DNA from: Cetorhinus maximus
Lineage: Eukaryota
NCBI RefSeq assembly: GCF_964194155.1
Contig: NC_135879.1
Location: forward strand, 16,926,001 to 16,990,000
Length of the DNA: 64,000 bases
Direction: 5' to 3'
Shown here: in pieces, positions 61,761 through 64,000 of the stretch
How positions within the stretch are numbered: the stretch's first letter is position 1
Layout: the number at the start of each line of letters is the position of its first letter
Made by a program: the position numbers and the translations under genes
The notes under the pieces: model-generated
Databases searched by the model: none
What the model saw: only the letters and a program-made list of their open reading frames with translations
What the model was told of the DNA's origin: nothing

Positions 61761-62129
61761 GAGAGGTTAGGGCTTGATGTGACACTCACAGTCACCGCTC
61801 TGTATTGACCACTTGGGAGTGTATAGAGAGTGGGGTTAAGGTTAGCAGCATAAGAGGGGAGAAAATGCTTTGAAATCCTATAATTAGTAATTGTTTAGAT
61901 ATAACTTTTCACAAGAAGGGTTTGTGAACAGGGTGTTTTTTGGTAATAAGCAGAAGTATACTTTTTCATGTTACAACATTATTATGCTCCTGGCAGTTCT
62001 TCCACTGAAATGTGGTTATGTCAGTAGTTCAACTCAACAAAACATTTATTCTATGCTGTGTTTCCACAAGCGCAATCAAGCACTCGCAATACAGGATACA
62101 CTTTGGCAGGATTCCAGAACTAAATTCCA

Positions 62130-63270
62130 GGTGAGAGTGACTGCCCTTGATATTAAGGCAGACTTCAACCTAGTGTGGCACCATGAGTCCTAGTAAAACT
62201 GGCATCAAAACTGGAATAAAAGAGAAAACTCTTTATTGGCCAATACCTAGCAGAAAGGAAGATAGTTTTGCTTGTTGGAAGCTAATCTTCTCAGTTCCAG
62301 GATATCACTGCAGAAGTTCCTCAGGATAGTGTCCTAGGTCCAACCATCTTCTGCTGCTTCGCCAATGACCTTTGTTTCATTAAAAGTGAAAAGTGGGGAT
62401 GTTCCCTGATGATTGCACAGTGTTCAGTACTATTCACAACTGAAGCAGTCTCTTCCTGCATGCAGAAGACCTGGACAACATCCAGCTTTGGCCGGATAAG
62501 TGTCAAATAACATTCATACTATACAATTGCCGGGCAATGACTGTCTCCGACGTGAAAGTGTCTAACCACCACTCCTTGGCATTCAATAGCATTACCAACT
62601 CTGAATCACACAACACAACAGCCTGCTAGTAACTATTCACCAGAAACTCAATTGGACCAGTTGTGTAAGTGTTGAGGCAACTAGAGCAGATCAGAGCCTG
62701 GGTAATCTATGCCAAGTGCTTCACCTCCTGATTCCCCAGAGCCTGTCCACCACCTACAAGACACAATATGATGGAATACTCTTCTCTTGCTTGGATGAGT
62801 GCAGCTCAACAACAGTTAACAAGATCCACACTATCCAGGCTAAAGCAGCTCACTTGTTGAGAAGCCCTTGCAGCACCTTAAACATTTATTCTCTTGCCAC
62901 TACTGCACCGTGGCTTCAGCGTGTACTATCGACATGATGCACTGCTGCAACTAGCCAAGGCTTCTTTGATAGCGCCTCTGAAATCTGCAACCTCTACCAC
63001 CTCGAAAAACAAGGATAGCCATCGCATGAGAATATCACCATCTCCAAGTTCCCCTCCAAGCCACACGCCACCCTGACTTGAAAATACATTGTTGTTCCTT
63101 CATCGTTGCTGGTTCAAATTGTGGAACTCCCTTCCTAACAGCCCTGCGGGAGAGTACTTTCACCACAAGGACTGCAGCGATTCAAGAAAGCAGATCGCTA
63201 ACAACTTCTCAAGGGCACTAGGGATAGTCAATAAATGCCGACTTCGCTAGTGACATATATCCCAAAAATT
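62130..63270 (+). mobile_element. CR1-group LINE family A, RT to 3' end, diverged
   Basis: VRVTALDIKADF, gttcctcaggatagtgtcctaggtccaacc (PQG motif) and family tail tagggatagtcaataaatgccg. Confidence 0.88.
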
Positions 63271-64000
63271 AATTTTTAAAAATGGAAAACCTATTTGCAT
63301 AATCACTTTGGTTAAAATTTATATAATCTCTATCCACTGTGACTAAAAGATATTAAAAGTCAAAATACTTTGAACTTGAGCATAATATTTAGATTGCTTT
63401 TAAAGTACCAAGAGTTTCTGTAAGAAATCAAGCCAGATCAACATAGCAGTGTGCTCCTTAGCAATGGATCAGTGTTGCAGCACTTGAACTTTTCACAATT
63501 CAGCTGAGAAGAATGCAGCAGCATGTCTAATCTTATTAACAGCCTACGTGCAGTGACAAGTCAAGCTAGTTTTGATAAATGGTTGCAGTCTATTAATTTT
63601 TGCTGAGACCAATCTATCAGTAGAAGTGGCTTTTAACCATTGGTTCCTGTATGCCTTTGTTAAGCGCCGGATTAATAATAAACACAGCCGAGTACACAGA
63701 ATATTGTCTGAAAGGTTTTGCTGGCAGTGCTGAACCTTTTCTATGGTGAATATTTCATTCCACGATGACGAAATGTTTTCACTGTGGCTGGATTTTTTTT
63801 CTCTTGCACAGTTATTTTGCACTGTTGACTCCATTTGCTGGTTTCCCCCTTTGAATGTTTCTCTAGAGCTTTGAAAATGGCTGCTTATATCCCTGCTGCA
63901 AATCACTGGACAAATCCTGAATAGTAAGGCCTATTTATATGAAAATTGATAGGATGTGGGTTGAAACTTTAGATGTGACCCCAAAGGCTTTCATGTTACA

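Noticed and set aside
47951-64000. Exons 2-5 of the IGFBP7-like gene
   Set aside because: No NVTGAQVYLSCE- or RGGP-like exon was found by eye; they probably lie beyond the window, consistent with the long first intron of IGFBP7.

Overview
Repeat-rich vertebrate genomic DNA, very probably an elasmobranch (shark/ray), judged from the Deu-domain SacSINE1-like SINEs, CR1-clade LINEs and Penelope-type repeats. Host genes (+ strand): the Ig-domain exons of IGFBPL1 (3229-3338, 5478-5594, 6828-6945, candidate last exon 9141-9190). About 40 kb downstream, in the same orientation, is exon 1 of an IGFBP7-like gene (47527-47950: signal peptide, IGFBP and Kazal domains); I could not find its later exons in this window. 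A tandem IGFBPL1 + IGFBP7-type arrangement is unexpected, because these genes are unlinked in human. The rest is mostly mobile DNA. It includes a decayed two-gene PIF/Harbinger transposon (12.7-18.3 kb) abutting a tRNA-Lys pseudogene, two Tx1/L1-clade 3' insertions with target-site duplications (TSDs), and a Tigger/pogo element. There are also many CR1-type LINE fragments, RTE fragments, two SINE families, MITEs, and Penelope-derived repeats carrying minimal hammerhead-ribozyme motifs. All family names come from manual motif recognition; no database searches were run, and repeat boundaries are approximate unless a TSD or TIR is cited.
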